64,000 nt of DNA from Eledone cirrhosa (GCA_964016885.1 OZ024742.1:17546001-17610000), one strand, 5' to 3'; positions 1 to 15,675 are shown, numbered from the stretch's first letter. Made by a program: numbers and translations. Notes: a model not told the origin generated them from the sequence alone.

Positions 1-3000
1 CTCCTCAAACTGTCAGACTGTACTTCGAATCTGTTGGATAGAATTGTGTACTCTTCAAACTGTCAGACTGTAATTCGAATCTGTTGGATAGAATTGTGTA
101 CTTCTCAAACTGTCAGACTGTACTTCGAATCTGTTTGATAGAATTGTGTACTTCTCAAACTGTCAGACTGTACTTCCAACTTGTTTGATAGAATTGTGTA
201 TTCCTCAAACTGTCAGACTGTACTTAGAATCTGTTTGATAGAATTGTGTATTCCTCAAACTGTCAGACTGTACTTCGAATCTGTTGGATAGAATTGTGTA
301 CTTCTCAAACTGAAAGACTGTACTTCGAACCTGGTTGATAGAATTGTGTATTCCTCAAACTGTCAGACTGTACTTCGAATCTGTTGGATAGAATTGTGTA
401 CTTCTCAAACTGAAAGACTGTACTTCGAACCTGGTTGATAGAATTGTGTATTCCTCAAACTGTCAGACTGTACTTCGAATCTGTTGGATAGAATTGTGTA
501 CTTCTCAAACTGAAAGACTGTACTTCGAACCTGGTTGATAGAATTTTGTATTCCTCAAACTGTCAGACTGTACTTCGAATCTGTTGGATAGAATTGTGTA
601 CTTCTCAAACTGAAAGACTGTACTTCGAACCTGGTTGATAGAATTGTGTATTCCTCAAACTGTCAGACTGTACTTCGAATCTGTTGGATAGAATTGTGTA
701 CTTCTCGAACTGTCAGACTGTACTTCGGACCTGGTTGATAGAATTGTGTATTCCTCAAACTGTCAGACTGTACTTCGAATCTGTTGGATAGAATTGTGTA
801 CTTCTCGAACTGTCAGACTGTACTTCGGACCTGGTTGATAGAATTGTGTATTCCTCAAACTGTCAGACTGTACTTCGAATCTGTTGGATAGAATTGTGTA
901 CTTCTCAAAATGAAAGACTGTACTTCGAACCTGGTTGATAGAATTGTGTATTCCTCAAACTGTCAGACTGTACTTCGAATCTGTTGGATAGAATTGTGTA
1001 CTTCTCGAACTGTCAGACTGTACTTCGGACCTGGTTGATAGAATTGTTTATTCCTCAAACTGTCAGACTGTACTTCGAACCTGTTGGTTAGCATTGTGTA
1101 CTTCTCAAACTGTCAGACTGTACTTCGAATCTGTTTGATAGAATTGTGTACTTCTCAAACTGTCAGACTGTACGTCCAACCTGTTTGATAGAATTGTGTA
1201 TTCCTCAAACTGTCAGACTGTACTTCGAATCTGTTGGATAGATTTGTGTACTTCTCAAACTGTCAGACTGTACTTCGAACTTGTTGGATATAATTGTGTA
1301 CTTCTCAAACTGTCAGACTGTACTTCGAACCTGTTTGATAGAATTGTGTATTCATCAAACTGTCAGACTGTTCTTCGAACTCATTGGATAGAATTGTGTA
1401 CTTCTCAAACTGTCAGACTGTACTTCGAACCTGTTTGATAGAATTGTGTACTTCTCAAACTGTCAGACTGTACTTCGAACTTGTTGGATATAATTGTGTA
1501 CTTCTCAAACTGTCAGACTGTACTTCGAACCTGTTTGATAGAATTGTGTATTCCTTAAACTGTCTGACTGTACATCGGACCTGTTGGATAGAATTGTGTA
1601 CTCCTCAAACTGTCAGACTGTACTTCGAATCTGTTGGATAGAATTGTGTACTCTTCAAACTGTCAGACTGTAATTCGAATCTGTTGGATAGAATTGTGTA
1701 CTTCTCAAACTGTCAGACTGTACTTCGAATCTGTTTGATAGAATTGTGTACTTCTCAAACTGTCAGACTGTACTTCCAACCTGTTTGATAGAATTGTGTA
1801 TTCCTCAAACTGTCAGACTGTACTTAGAATCTGTTTGATAGAATTGTGTATTCCTCAAACTGTCAGACTGTACTTCGAATCTGTTGGATAGAATTGTGTA
1901 CTTCTCAAACTGAAAGACTGTACTTCGAACCTGGTTGATAGAATTGTGTATTCCTCAAACTGTCAGACTGTACTTCGAACCTGGTTGATAGAATTGTTTA
2001 TTCCTCAAACTCTCAGACTGTTCTTCGAACTCATTGGATAGAATTGTGTACTTCTCAAACTGTCAGACTGTACTTCGAACCTGTTGGATAGAATTGTGTA
2101 CTCCTCAAACTGTCAGACTGTACTTCGAACCTGTTTGATAGAATTGTGTACTTCTCAAACTGTCAGACTGTACTTCGAACTTGTTGGATATAATTGTGTA
2201 CTTCTCAAACTGTCAGACTGTACTTCGAATCTGTTGGATAGAATTGTGTACTTTTCAAACTCTCAGACTGTACTTCGAACCTGTTTGATAGAATTGTGTC
2301 TTCCTTAAACTGTCTGACTGTACTTCGAACTCATTGGATAGAATTGTGTACTCCTCAAACTGTCAGACTGTACTTCCAACCTGTTTGATAGAATTGTGTA
2401 CTCCTCAAACTGTCAGACTGTACTTCGAACTCATTGGATAGAATTGTATACTCCTCAAACTGTCAGACTGTACTTCGAAACTGTTTGATAGAATTGTGTA
2501 TTCCTCAAACAGTCAAACTGTACTTCGAACCTGTTGGATAGAATTGTTTACTTCTCAATCTGTCAGATTGTACTTCGAACCTGTTGGATAGAATTGTGTA
2601 CTCCTCAAACTGTCAGACTGTACTTCGAATCTGTTGGATATAATTGTGTACTTCTCAAACTGTCAGACTGTACTTCGAACCTGTTTGATAGAATTGTGTT
2701 TTCCTCAAACTGTCAGACTGTACTTCCAACCTGTTTGATAGAATTGTGTACTCCTCAAACTGTCAGACTGTACTTCGAATCTGTTGGATATAATTGTGTA
2801 CTTCTCAAACTGTCAGACTGTACTTCGAACCTGTTTGATAGAATTGTGTACTTCTCAAACTGTCAGACTGTACTTCGAACTTGTTGGATATAATTATGTA
2901 CTTCTCAAACTGTCAGACTGTACTTCGAACCTGTTGGATAGAAGTGTGTACTCCGCAAAGTGTCAGACTGTACTTCGAACCTGTTGGATAGAATTGTGTA

Positions 3001-6000
3001 CTTCTCAAACTGTCAGACTGTACTTCGAACCTGTTTGATAGAATTGTGTATTCCTTAAACTGTCTGACTGTACATCGGATCTGTTGGATAGAATTGTGTA
3101 CTCCTCAAACTGTCAGACTGTACTTCGAATCTGTTGGATAGAATTGTGTACTCTTCAAACTGTCAGACTGTAATTCGAATCTGTTGGATAGAATTGTGTA
3201 CTCCTCAAACTGTCAGACTGTACTTCGAATCTGTTTGATAGAATTGTAGAATTGTGTACTTCTCAAACTGTCAGACTGTACTTCCAACTTGTTTGATAGA
3301 ATTGTGTATTCCTCAAACTGTCAGACTGTACTTAGAATCTGTTTGATAGAATTGTTTATTCCTCAAACTGTCAGACTGTACTTCGAATCTGTTAGATAGA
3401 ATTGTGTACTTCTCAAACTGAAAGTCTGTACTTCGAACCTGGTTGATAGAATTGTGTATTCCTCAAACTGTCAGACTGTACTTCGAATCTGTTGGATAGA
3501 ATTGTGTACTTCTCGAACTGTCAGACTGTACTTCGAACCTGGTTCATAGAATTGTTTATTCCTCAAACTGTCAGACTGTACTTCGCACCTGGTTGATAGT
3601 ATTGTTTATTCCTCAAACTGTCAGACTGTACTTCGAATCTGTTGGATAGAATTGTGTACTTCTCAAACTGTGACACTGTACTTCGAACCTGTTGGATAGA
3701 ATTGTGTATTCCTTAAACTGTCTGACTGTACTTCGAACCTGTTTGATAGAATTGTGTATTCCTCAAACTGTCAGACTGTTCTTCGAACTCATTGGATAGA
3801 ATTGTGTACTTCTCAAACTGTCAGACTGTACTACGAATCTGTTGGATAGAATTGTGTACTGCGCAAACTGTCAGACTGTACTTCGAACCTGTTTGATAGA
3901 ATTGTGTATTCCTCAAACTCTCACACTGTACTTCGAACCTGTTTGATAGAATTGTGTATTCCTCAAACTGTCAGACTGTACTTCCAACCGGTTTGATAGA
4001 ATTGTGTATTCCTCAAACTCTCACACTGTACTTCGAACCTGTTTGATAGAATTGTGTACTCCTCAAACTGTCAGACTGTAATTCGAATCTGTTGGATAGA
4101 ATTGTGTACTTCTCAAACTGTCAGACTGTACTTCGAATCTGTTTGATAGAATTGTGTACTTCTCAAACTGTCAGACTGTACTTCCAACTTGTTTAATAGA
4201 ATTGTGTATTCCTCAAACTGTCAGACTGTACTTAGAATCTGTTTGATAGAATTGTGTATTCCTCAAAATGTCAGACTGTACTTCGAATCTGTTGGATAGA
4301 ATTGTGTACTTCTCAAACTGAAAGACTGTACTTCGAACCTGGTTGATAGAATTGTGTATTCCAAAACTGTCAGACTGTACTTCGAATCTGTTGGATAGAA
4401 TTGTGTACTTCTCGAACTGTCAAACTGTACTTCGGACCTGTTGGATAGAATTGTGTATTCCTCAAACTGTCAGACTGTACTTCGAACCTGTTGGTTAGCA
4501 TTGTGTACTTCTCAAACTGTCAGACTGTACTTCGAATCTGTTTGATAGAATTGTGTATTCCTCAAACTGTCAGACTGTACTTCGAATCTGTTGGATAGAT
4601 TTGTGTACTTCTGAAACTGAAAGACTGTACTTCGAACCTGGTTGATAGAATTGTGTATTCCTCAAACTGTCAGACTGTACTTCGAATCTGTTGGATAGAA
4701 TTGTGTACTTCTCGAGCTGTCAGACTGTACTTCGAACCTGGTTGATAGAATTGTGTATTCCTCAAACTGTCAGACTGTACTTCGAACCTGGTTGATAGAA
4801 TTGTTTATTCCTCAAACTGTCAGACTGTTCTTCGAACTCATTGGATAGAATTGTGTACTTCTCAAACTGTCAGACTGTACTTCGAACCTGTTGATAGAAT
4901 TGTGTACTTCTCAAACTGTCAGACTGTACTTCGAACTTGTTGGATATAATTGTGTACTTCTCAAACTGTCAGACTGTACTTCGAACCTGTTTGATAGAAT
5001 TGTGTATTCCTTAAACTGTCCGACTGTACATCGGACCTGTTGGATAGAATTGTGTACTCCTCAAACTGTCAGACTGTACTTCGAATCTGTTGGATAGAAT
5101 TGTGTACTCTTCAATCTGTCAGACTGTAATTCGAATCTGTTTGATAGAATTGTGTACTTCTCAAACTGTCAGACTGTACTTCCAACTTGTTTGATAGAAT
5201 TGTGTATTCCTCAAACTGTCAGACTGTACTTAGAATCTGTTTGATAGTATTGTGTATTCCTCAAACTGTCAGACTGTACTTCGAATCTGTTGGATAGAAT
5301 TGTGTACTTCTCAAACTGTCAGACTGTACTTCCAACCTGTTTGATAGAATTGTGTATTCCTCAAACTGTCAGACTGTACTTAGAATCTGTTGGATAGAAT
5401 TGTGTACTTCTCGAGCTGTCAGACTGTACTTCGAACCTGGTTGATAGAATTGTGTATTCCTCAAACTGTCAGACTGTACTTCGAACCTGGTTGATAGAAT
5501 TGTTTATTCCTCAAACTGTCAGACTGTTCTTCGAACTCATTGGATAGAATTGTGTACTTCTCAAACTGTCAGACTGTACTTCGAATCTGTTGGATAGAAT
5601 TGTGTACTTCTCAAACTGTCAGACTGTACTTCGAATCTGTTTGATAGAATTGTGTACTTCTCAAACTGTCAGACTGTACTTCCAACCTGTTTGATAGAAT
5701 TGTGTATTCCTCAAACTGTCAGACTGTACTTCGAATCTGTTGGATAGAATTGTGTACTTCTCAAACTGAAAGACTGTACTTCGAACCTGGTTGATAGAAT
5801 TGTGTATTCCTCAAACTGTCAGACTGTACTTCGAATCTGTTGGATAGAATTGTGTACTTCTCGAACTGTCAGACTGTACTTCGAACCTGGTTGATAGAAT
5901 TGATTATTCCTCAAACTGTCAGACTGTACTTCGAACCTGGTTGATAGAATTGTTTATTCCTCAAACTGTCAGACTGTTCTTCGAACTCATTGGATAGAAT

Positions 6001-9000
6001 TGTGTACTTCTCAAACTGTCAGACTGTACTTCGAACCTGTTGGATAGAATTGTGTACTCCTCAAACTGTCAGACTGTACTTCGAACCTGTTTGATAGAAT
6101 TGTGTACTTCTCAAACTGTCAGACTGTACTTCGAATTTGTTGGATATAATTGTGTACTTCTCAAACTGTCAGACTGTACTTCGAATCTGTTGGATAGAAT
6201 TGTGTACTTTTCAAACTGTCAGACTGTACTTCGAACCTGTTTGATAGAATTGTGTATTCCTTAAACTGTCTGACTGTACTTCGAACTCATTGGATAGAAT
6301 TGTGTACTCCTCAAACTGTCAGACTGTACTTCCAACCTGTTTGATAGAATTGTGTACTCCTCAAACTGTCAGACTGTACTTCGAACTCATTGGATAGAAT
6401 TGTATAGTCCTCAAACTGTCAGACTGTACTTCGAAACTGTTTGATAGAATTGTGTATTCCTCAAACAGTCAAACTGTACTTCGAACCTGTTGGATAGAAT
6501 TGTTTACTTCTCAATCTGTCAGATTGTACTTCGAACCTGTTGGATAGAATTGTGTACTCCTCAAATGGTCAGACTGTACTTCGAACCTGTTTGATAGAAT
6601 TGTGTACTTCTCAAACTGAAAGTCTGTACTTCGAACCTGGTTGATAGAATTGTGTATTCCTCAAACTGTCAGACTGTACTTCGAATCTGTTGGATAGAAT
6701 TGTGTACTTCTCGAACTGTCAGACTGTACTTCGAACCTGGTTCATAGAATTGTTTATTCCTCAAACTGTCAGACTGTACTTCGCACCTGGTTGATAGTAT
6801 TGTTTATTCCTCAAACTGTCAGACTGTACTTCGAATCTGTTGGATAGAATTGTGTACTTCTCAAACTGTGACACTGTACTTCGAACCTGTTGGATAGAAT
6901 TGTGTATTCCTTAAACTGTCAGACTGTACTTCGAACCTGTTTGATAGAATTGTGTATTCCTCAAACTGTCAGACTGTTCTTCGAACTCATTGGATAGAAT
7001 TGTGTACTTCTCAAACTGTCAGACTGTACTTCGAATCTGTTTGATAGAATTGTGTACTTCTCAAACTGTCAGACTGTACTTCCAACTTGTTTAATAGAAT
7101 TGTGTATTCCTCAAACTGTCAGACTGTACTTCCAACTTGTTTAATAGAATTGTGTATTCCTCAAACTCTCACACTGTACTTCGAATCTGTTTGATAGAAT
7201 TGTGTATTCCTCAAAATGTCAGACTGTACTTCGAATCTGTTGGATAGAATTGTGTACTTCTCAAACTGAAAGACTGTACTTCGAATCTGTTTGATAGAAT
7301 TGTGTATTCCAAAACTGTCAGACTGTACTTCGAATCTGTTGGATAGAATTGTGTACTTCTCGAACTGTCAAACTGTACTTCGGACCTGGTTGATAGAATT
7401 GTTTATTCCTCAAACTGTCAGACTGTACTTCGAACCTGTTGGTTAGCATTGTGTACTTCTCAAACTGTCAGACTGTACTTCGAATCTGTTTGATAGAATT
7501 GTGTACTTCTCAAACTGTCAGACTGTACTTCCAACCTGTTTGATAGAATTGTGTATTCCTTAAACTGTCTGACTGTACTTCCAACTCATTGGATAGAATT
7601 GTGTACTCCTCAAACTGTCAGACTGTACTTCCAACCTGTTTGATAGAATTGTGTACTCCTCAAACTGTCAGACTGTACTTCGAACTCATTGGATAGAATT
7701 GTATACTCCTCAAACTGTCAGACTGTACTTCGAAACTGTTTGATAGAATTGTGTATTCCTCAAACAGTCAAACTGTACTTCGAACCTGTTGGATAGAATT
7801 GTTTACTTCTCAAACTGTCAGATTGTACTTCGAACCTGTTGGATAGAATTGTGTACTCCTCAAACTGTCAGACTGTACTTCGAACCTGTTTGATAGAATT
7901 GTGTACTTCTCAAACTGTCAGACTGTACTTCGAACTTGTTGGATATAATTGTGTACTTCTCAAACTGTCAGACAGTACTTCGAATCTGTTTGATAGAATT
8001 GTGTACTTTTCAAACTGTCAGACTGTACTTCGAACCTGTTTGATAGAATTGTGTATTCCTTAAACTGTCTGACTGTAATTCGAACCTGTTGGGTAGAATT
8101 GTGTACTCCTCAAACTGTCAGACTGTACTTCGAATCTGTTGGATATAATTGTGTACTTCTCAAACTGTCAGACTGTACTTCGAACCTGTTTGATAGAATT
8201 GTGTTTTCCTCAAACTGTCAGACTGTACTTCCAACCTGTTTGATAGAATTGTTTACTCCTCAAACTGTCAGACTGTACTTCGAATCTGTTGGATATAATT
8301 GTGTACTTCTCAAACTGTCAGACTGTACTTCGAACCTGTTTGATAGAATTGTGTACTTCTCAAACTGTCAGACTGTACTTTGAACTTGTTGGATATAATT
8401 ATGTACTTCTCAAACTGTCAGACTGTACTTCGAACCTGTTGGATAGAAGTGTGTACTCCGCAAAGTGTCAGACTGTACTTCGAACCTGTTGGATAGAATT
8501 GTGTACTTCTCAAACTGTCAGACTGTACTTCGAACCTGTTTGATAGAATTGTGTATTCCTTAAACTGTCTGACTGTACATCGGACCTGTTAGATAGAATT
8601 GTGTACTCCTCAAACTGTCAGACTGTACTTCGAATCTGTTGGATAGAATTGTGTACTCTTCAAACTGTCAGACTGTAATTCGAATCTGTTGGATAGAATT
8701 GTGTACTTCTCAAACTGTCAGACTGTACTTCGAATCTGTTTGATAGAATTGTAGAATTGTGTACTTCTCAAACTGTCAGACTGTACTTCCAACTTGTTTG
8801 ATAGAATTGTGTATTCCTCAAACTGTCAGACTGTACTTAGAATCTGTTTGATAGAATTGTGTATTCCTCAAACTGTCAGACTGTACTTCGAATCTGTTAG
8901 ATAGAATTGTGTACTTCTCAAACTGAAAGTCTGTACTTCGAACCTGGTTGATAGAATTGTGTATTCCTCAAACTGTCAGACTGTACTTCGAATCTGTTGG

Positions 9001-12000
9001 ATAGAATTGTGTACTTCTCGAACTGTCAGACTGTACTTCGAACCTTGTTCATAGAATTGTTTATTCCTCAAACTGTCAGACTGTACTTCGCACCTGGTTG
9101 ATAGTATTGTTTATTCCTCAAACTGTCAGACTGTACTTCGAATCTGTTGGATAGAATTGTGTACTTCTCAAACTGTCACACTGTACTTCGAACCTGTTGG
9201 ATAGAATTGTGTATTCCTTAAACTGTCTGACTGTACTTCGAACCTGTTTGATAGAATTGTGTATTCCTCAAACTGTCAGACTGTTCTTCGAACTCATTGG
9301 ATAGAATTGTGTACTTCTCAAACTGTCAGACTGTACTACGAATCTGTTGGATAGAATTGTGTACTGCGCAAACTGTCAGACTGTACTTCGAACCGGTTTG
9401 ATAGAATTGTGTATTCCTCAAACTCTCACACTGTACTTCGAACCTGTTTGATAGAATTGTGTATTCCTCAAACTGTCAGACTGTACTTCCAACCGGTTTG
9501 ATAGAATTGTGTATTCCTCAAACTCTCACACTGTACTTCGAACCTGTTTGATAGAATTGTGTATTCCTCAAACTGTCAGACTGTACTTCCAACCGGTTTG
9601 ATAGAATTGTGTATTCCTCAAACTCTCACACTGTACTTCGAATCTGTTGGATAGAATTGTGTACTTCTCAAACTGTCAGACTGTACTTCGAATCTGTTTG
9701 ATAGAATTGTGTACTTCTCAAACTGTCAGACTGTACTTCCAACTTGTTTGATAGAATTGTGTATTCCTCAAACTGTCAGACTGTACTTAGAATCTGTTTG
9801 ATAGAATTGTGTATTCCTCAAACTGTCAGACTGTACTTCGAATCTGTTGGATAGAATTGTGTACTTCTCAAACTGAAAGACTGTACTTCGAACCTGGTTG
9901 ATAGAATTGTGTATTCCTCAAACTGTCAGACTGTACTTCGAATCTGTTGGATAGAATTGTGTACTTCTCGAACTGTCAGACTGTACTTCGGACCTGGTTG
10001 ATAGAATTGTTTATTCCTCAAACTGTCAGACTGTACTTCGAACCTGTTGGTTAGCATTGTGTACTTCTCAAACTGTCAGACTGTACTTCGAATCTGTTTG
10101 ATAGAATTGTGTACTTCTCAAACTGTCAGACTGTACTTCCAACCTGTTTGATAGAATTGTGTATTCCTCAAACTGTCAGACTGTACTTCGAATCTGTTGG
10201 ATAGATTTGTGTACTTCTCAAACTGAAAGACTGTACTTCGAACCTGGTTGATAGAATTGTGTATTCCTCAAACTGTCAGACTGTACTTCGAACCTGGTTG
10301 ATAGAATTGTTTATTCCTCAAACTGTCAGACTGTTCTTCGAACTCATTGGATAGAATTGTGTACTTCTCAAACTGTCAGACTGTACTTCGAACCTGTTTG
10401 ATAGAATTGTGTACTTCTCAAACTGTCAGACTGTACTTCGAACTTGTTGGATATAATTGTGTACTTCTCAAACTGTCAGACTGTACTTCGAACCTGTTTG
10501 ATAGAATTGTGTATTCCTTAAACTGTCTGACTGTACATCGGACCTGTTGGATAGAATTGTGTACTCCTCAAACTGTCAGACTGTACTTCGAATCTGTTGG
10601 ATAGAATTGTGTACTCTTCAAACTGTCAGACTGTAATTCGAATCTGTTGGATAGAATTGTGTACTTCTCAAACTGTCAGACTGTACTTCGAATCTGTTTG
10701 ATAGAATTGTGTACTTCTCAAACTGTCAGACTGTACTTCCAACCTGTTTGATAGAATTGTGTATTCCTCAAACTGTCAGACTGTACTTAGAATCTGTTTG
10801 ATAGAATTGTGTATTCCTCAAACTGTCAGACTGTACTTCGAATCTGTTGGATAGAATTGTGTACTTCTCAAACTGAAAGACTGTACTTCGAACCTGGTTG
10901 ATAGAATTGTGTATTCCTCAAACTGTCAGACTGTACTTCGAATCTGTTGGATAGAATTGTGTACTTCTCGAACTGTCAGACTGTACTTCGAACCTGGTTG
11001 ATAGAATTGTTTATTCCTCAAACTGTCAGACTGTACTTCGAACCTGTTGGTTAGCATTGTGTACTTCTCAAACTGTCAGACTGTACTTCGAATCTGTTTG
11101 ATAGAATTGTGTACTTCTCAAACTGTCAGACTGTACTTCGAATCTGTTTGATAGAATTGTGTACTTCTCAAACTGTCAGACTGTACTTCCAACCTGTTTG
11201 ATAGAATTGTGTATTCCTCACACTGTCAGACTGTACTTAGAATCCGTTTGATAGAATTGTGTATTCCTCAAACTGTCAGACTGTACTTCGAATCTGTTGG
11301 ATAGATTTGTGTACTTCTCAAACTGAAAGACTGTACTTCGAACCTGGTTGATAGAATTGTGTATTCCTCAAACTGTCAGACTGTACTTCGAACCTGGTTG
11401 ATAGAATTGTTTATTCCTCAAACTGTCAGACTGTTCTTCGAACTCATTGGATAGAATTGTGTACTTCTCAAACTGTCAGACTGTACTTCGAACCTGTTTG
11501 ATAGAATTGTGTACTTCTCAAACTGTCAGACTGTACTTCGAACTTGTTGGATATAATTGTGTACTTCTCAAACTGTCAGACTGTACTTCGAACCTGTTTG
11601 ATAGAATTGTGTATTCCTTAAACTGTCTGACTGTACATCGGACCTGTTGGATAGAATTGTGTACTCCTCAAACTGTCAGACTGTACTTCGAATCTGTTGG
11701 ATAGAATTGTGTACTTCTCGAACTGTCAGACTGTACTTCGAACCTGTTTGATAGAATTGTGTACTTCTCAAACTGTCAGACTGTACTTCGAACTTGTTGG
11801 ATATAATTGTGTACTTCTCAAACTGTCAGACTGTACTTCGAACCTGTTTGATAGAATTGTGTATTCCTTAAACTGTCTGACTGTTCATCGGACCTGTTGG
11901 ATAGAATTGTGTACTCCTCAAACTGTCAGACTGTACTTCGAATCTGTTGGATAGAATTGTGTACTCTTCAAACTGTCAGACTGTAATTCGAATCTGTTGG

Positions 12001-15000
12001 ATAGAATTGTGTACTTCTCAAACTGTCAGACTGTACTTCGAATCTGTTTGATAGAATTGTGTACTCTTCAAACTGTCAGACTGTAATTCGAATCTGTTGG
12101 ATAGAATTGTGTACTTCTCAAACTGTCAGACTGTACTTCCAACCTGTTTGATAGAATTGTGTATTCCTCAAACTGTCAGACTGTACTTAGAATCTGTTTG
12201 ATAGAATTGTGTATTCCTCAAACTGTCAGACTGTACTTCGAATCTGTTGGATAGAATTGTGTACTTCTCAAACTGAAAGACTGTACTTCGAACCTGGTTG
12301 ATAGAATTGTGTATTCCTCAAACTGTCAGACTGTACTTCGAATCTGTTGGATAGAATTGTGTACTTCTCGAACTGTCAGACTGTACTTCGAACCTGGTTG
12401 ATAGAATTGTTTATTCCTCAAACTGTCAGACTGTACTTCGAACCTGGTTGATAGAATTGTTTATTCCTCAAACTGTCAGACTGTTCTTCGAACTCATTGG
12501 ATAGAATTGTGTACTTCTCAAACTGTCAGACTGTACTTCGAACCTGTTGGATAGAATTGTGTACTCCTCAAACTGTCAGACTGTACTTCGAACCTGTTTG
12601 ATAGAATTGTGTACTTCTCAAACTGTCAGACTGTACTTCGAACTTGTTGGATATAATTGTGTACTTCTCAAACTGTCAGACTGTACTTCGAATCTGTTGG
12701 ATAGAATTGTGTACTTTTCAAACTGTCAGACTGTACTTCGAACCTGTTTGATAGAATTGTGTATTCCTTAAACTGTCTGACTGTACTTCCAACTCATTGG
12801 ATAGAATTGTGTACTCCTCAAACTGTCAGACTGTACTTCCAACCTGTTTGATAGAATTGTGTACTCCTCAAACTGTCAGACTGTACTTCGAACTCATTGG
12901 ATAGAATTGTATACTCCTCAAACTGTCAGACTGTACTTCGAAACTGTTTGATAGAATTGTGTATTCCTCAAACAGTCAAACTGTACTTCGAACCTGTTGG
13001 ATAGAATTGTTTACTTCTCAAACTGTCAGATTGTACTTCGAACCTGTTGGATAGAATTGTGTACTCCTCAAACTGTCAGACTGTACTTCGAACCTGTTTG
13101 ATAGAATTGTGTACTTCTCAAACTGTCAGACTGTACTTCGAACTTGTTGGATATAATTGTGTACTTCTCAAACTGTCAGACAGTACTTCGAATCTGTTTG
13201 ATAGAATTGTGTACTTTTCAAACTGTCAGACTGTACTTCGAACCTGTTTGATAGAATTGTGTATTCCTTAAACTGTCTGACTGTAATTCGAACCTGTTGG
13301 GTAGAATTGTGTACTCCTCAAACTGTCAGACTGTACTTCGAATCTATTGGATATAATTGTGTACTTCTCAAACTGTCAGACTGTACTTCGAACCTGTTTG
13401 ATAGAATTGTGTTTTCCTCAAACTGTCAGACTGTACTTCCAACCTGTTTGATAGAATTGTGTACTCCTCAAACTGTCAGACTGTACTTCGAATCTGTTGG
13501 ATATAATTGTGTACTTCTCAAACTGTCAGACTGTACTTCGAACCTGTTTGATAGAATTGTGTACTTCTCAAACTGTCAGACTGTACTTCGAACTTGTTGG
13601 ATATAATTATGTACTTCTCAAACTGTCAGACTGTACTTCGAACCTGTTGGATAGAAGTGTGTACTCCGCAAAGTGTCAGACTGTACTTCGAACCTGTTGG
13701 ATAGAATTGTGTACTCCTCAAACTGTCAGACTGTACTTCGAATCTGTTGGATAGAATTGTGTACTCTTCAAACTGTCAGACTGTAATTCGAATCTGTTGG
13801 ATAGAATTGTGTACTTCTCAAACTGTCAGACTGTACTTCGAATCTGTTTGATAGAATTGTAGAATTGTGTACTTCTCAAACTGTCAGACTGTACTTCCAA
13901 CTTGTTTGATAGAATTGTGTATTCCTCAAACTGTCAGACTGTACTTAGAATCTGTTTGATAGAATTGTGTATTCCTCAAACTGTCAGACTGTACTTCGAA
14001 TCTGTTAGATAGAATTGTGTACTTCTCAAACTGAAAGTCTGTACTTCGAACCTGGTTGATAGAATTGTGTATTCCTCAAACTGTCAGACTGTACTTCGAA
14101 TCTGTTGGATAGAATTGTGTACTTCTCGAACTGTCAGACTGTACTTCGAACCTGGTTCATAGAATTGTTTATTCCTCAAACTGTCAGACTGTACTTCGAA
14201 TCTGTTGGATAGAATTGTGTACTTCTCGAACTGTCAGACTGTACTTCGAACCTGGTTCATAGAATTGTTTATTCCTCAAACTGTCAGACTGTACTTCGAA
14301 TCTGTTGGATAGAATTGTGTACTTCTCGAACTGTCAGACTGTACTTCGAACCTGGTTCATAGAATTGTGTATTCCTCAAACTGTCAGACTGTTCTTCGAA
14401 CTCATTGGATAGAATTGTGTACTTCTCAAACTGTCAGACTGTACTACGAATCTGTTGGATAGAATTGTGTACTGCGCAAACTCTCAGACTGTACTTCGAA
14501 CCGGTTTGATAGAATTGTGTATTCCTCAAACTCTCACACTGTACTTCGAACCTGTTTGATAGAATTGTGTATTCCTCAAACTGTCAGACTGTACTTCCAA
14601 CCTGTTGGATAGAATTGTGTACTTCTCAAACTGTCAGACTGTACTTCGAACCTGTTTGATGGAATTGTATATTCCTCAAACTGTCAGACTGTACTTCGAA
14701 TCTGTTGGATAGAATTGTGTACTTCTCAAACTGTGACACTGTACTTCGAACCTGTTGGATAGAATTGTGTATTCCTTAAACTGTCTGACTGTACTTCGAA
14801 CCTGTTTGATAGAATTGTGTATTCCTCAAACTATCAGACTGTTCTTCGAACTCATTGGATAGAATTGTGTACTTCTCAAACTGTCAGACTGTACTTCGAA
14901 CCTGTTTGATAGAATTGTATATTCCTTAAACTGTCTGACTGTACTAAGAACCTGTTTGATAGAATTGTGTATTCCTCAAACTGTCAGACTGTACTTCGAA

Positions 15001-15675
15001 TCTGTTGGATAGATTTATGTATTCCTCAAACTGTCAGACTGTACTTCGAACTCATTGGATAGAATTGTGTACTCCTCAAACTGTCAGACTGTACTTCGAA
15101 TCTGTTGGATAGATTTATGTATTCCTCAAACTGTCAGACTGTACTTCGAACCTGTTTGATAGAATTGTGTATTCCTCAAACTGTCAGACTGTACTTCGAA
15201 CCTGTTTGATAGAATTGTATATTCCTCAAACTGTCAGACTGTACTTCGAACCTGTTTGATAGAATTGTCTATTCCTTAAACTGTCAGACTGTACTTAGAA
15301 CCTGTTGGATAGAATTGTGTACTTCTCAAACTGTCAGACTGTACTTCGAACTTATTGGATAGAATTATGTACTCCTCAAACTGTCAGACTGTACTTCGAA
15401 CTTATTGGATATAATTGTGTACTTCTCAAACTGTCAGACTGTATTTCGAACCTGTTGGATAGAATTGTGTACTCCTCAAACTGTCAGACTGTAGTTCCAA
15501 CCTGTTGGATAGAATTGTGTACTCCTCAAACTGTCAGACTGTAGTTCCAACCTGTTGGATAGAAGTGTGTACTCCTCAAACTGTCAGACTGTACTTCGAA
15601 CTCATTGGATAGAATTGTGTATTCCTGAAACTGTCAGACTGTACTTCGAAATTGTTGGATAGAAGTGTGTACTCC
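1..15675. repeat. 50-bp tandem satellite (~310 monomers; runs off the left edge of the window)
   Basis: Consensus GATAGAATTGTGTACTTCTCAAACTGTCAGACTGTACTTCGAACCTGTTG repeats with 50-bp period until about 15675. The short ORFs here are translations of the repeat. Confidence 0.98.

Noticed and set aside
1196-15544. Recurrent Cys-rich short ORFs
   Set aside because: They are translations of the 50-bp monomer cycling through frames.
1-15675. CRISPR-like or hammerhead-bearing satellite
   Set aside because: There are no unique spacers or cas genes. The minus strand has TTGAGAA...GAAG but lacks GAAA and pairable stems.
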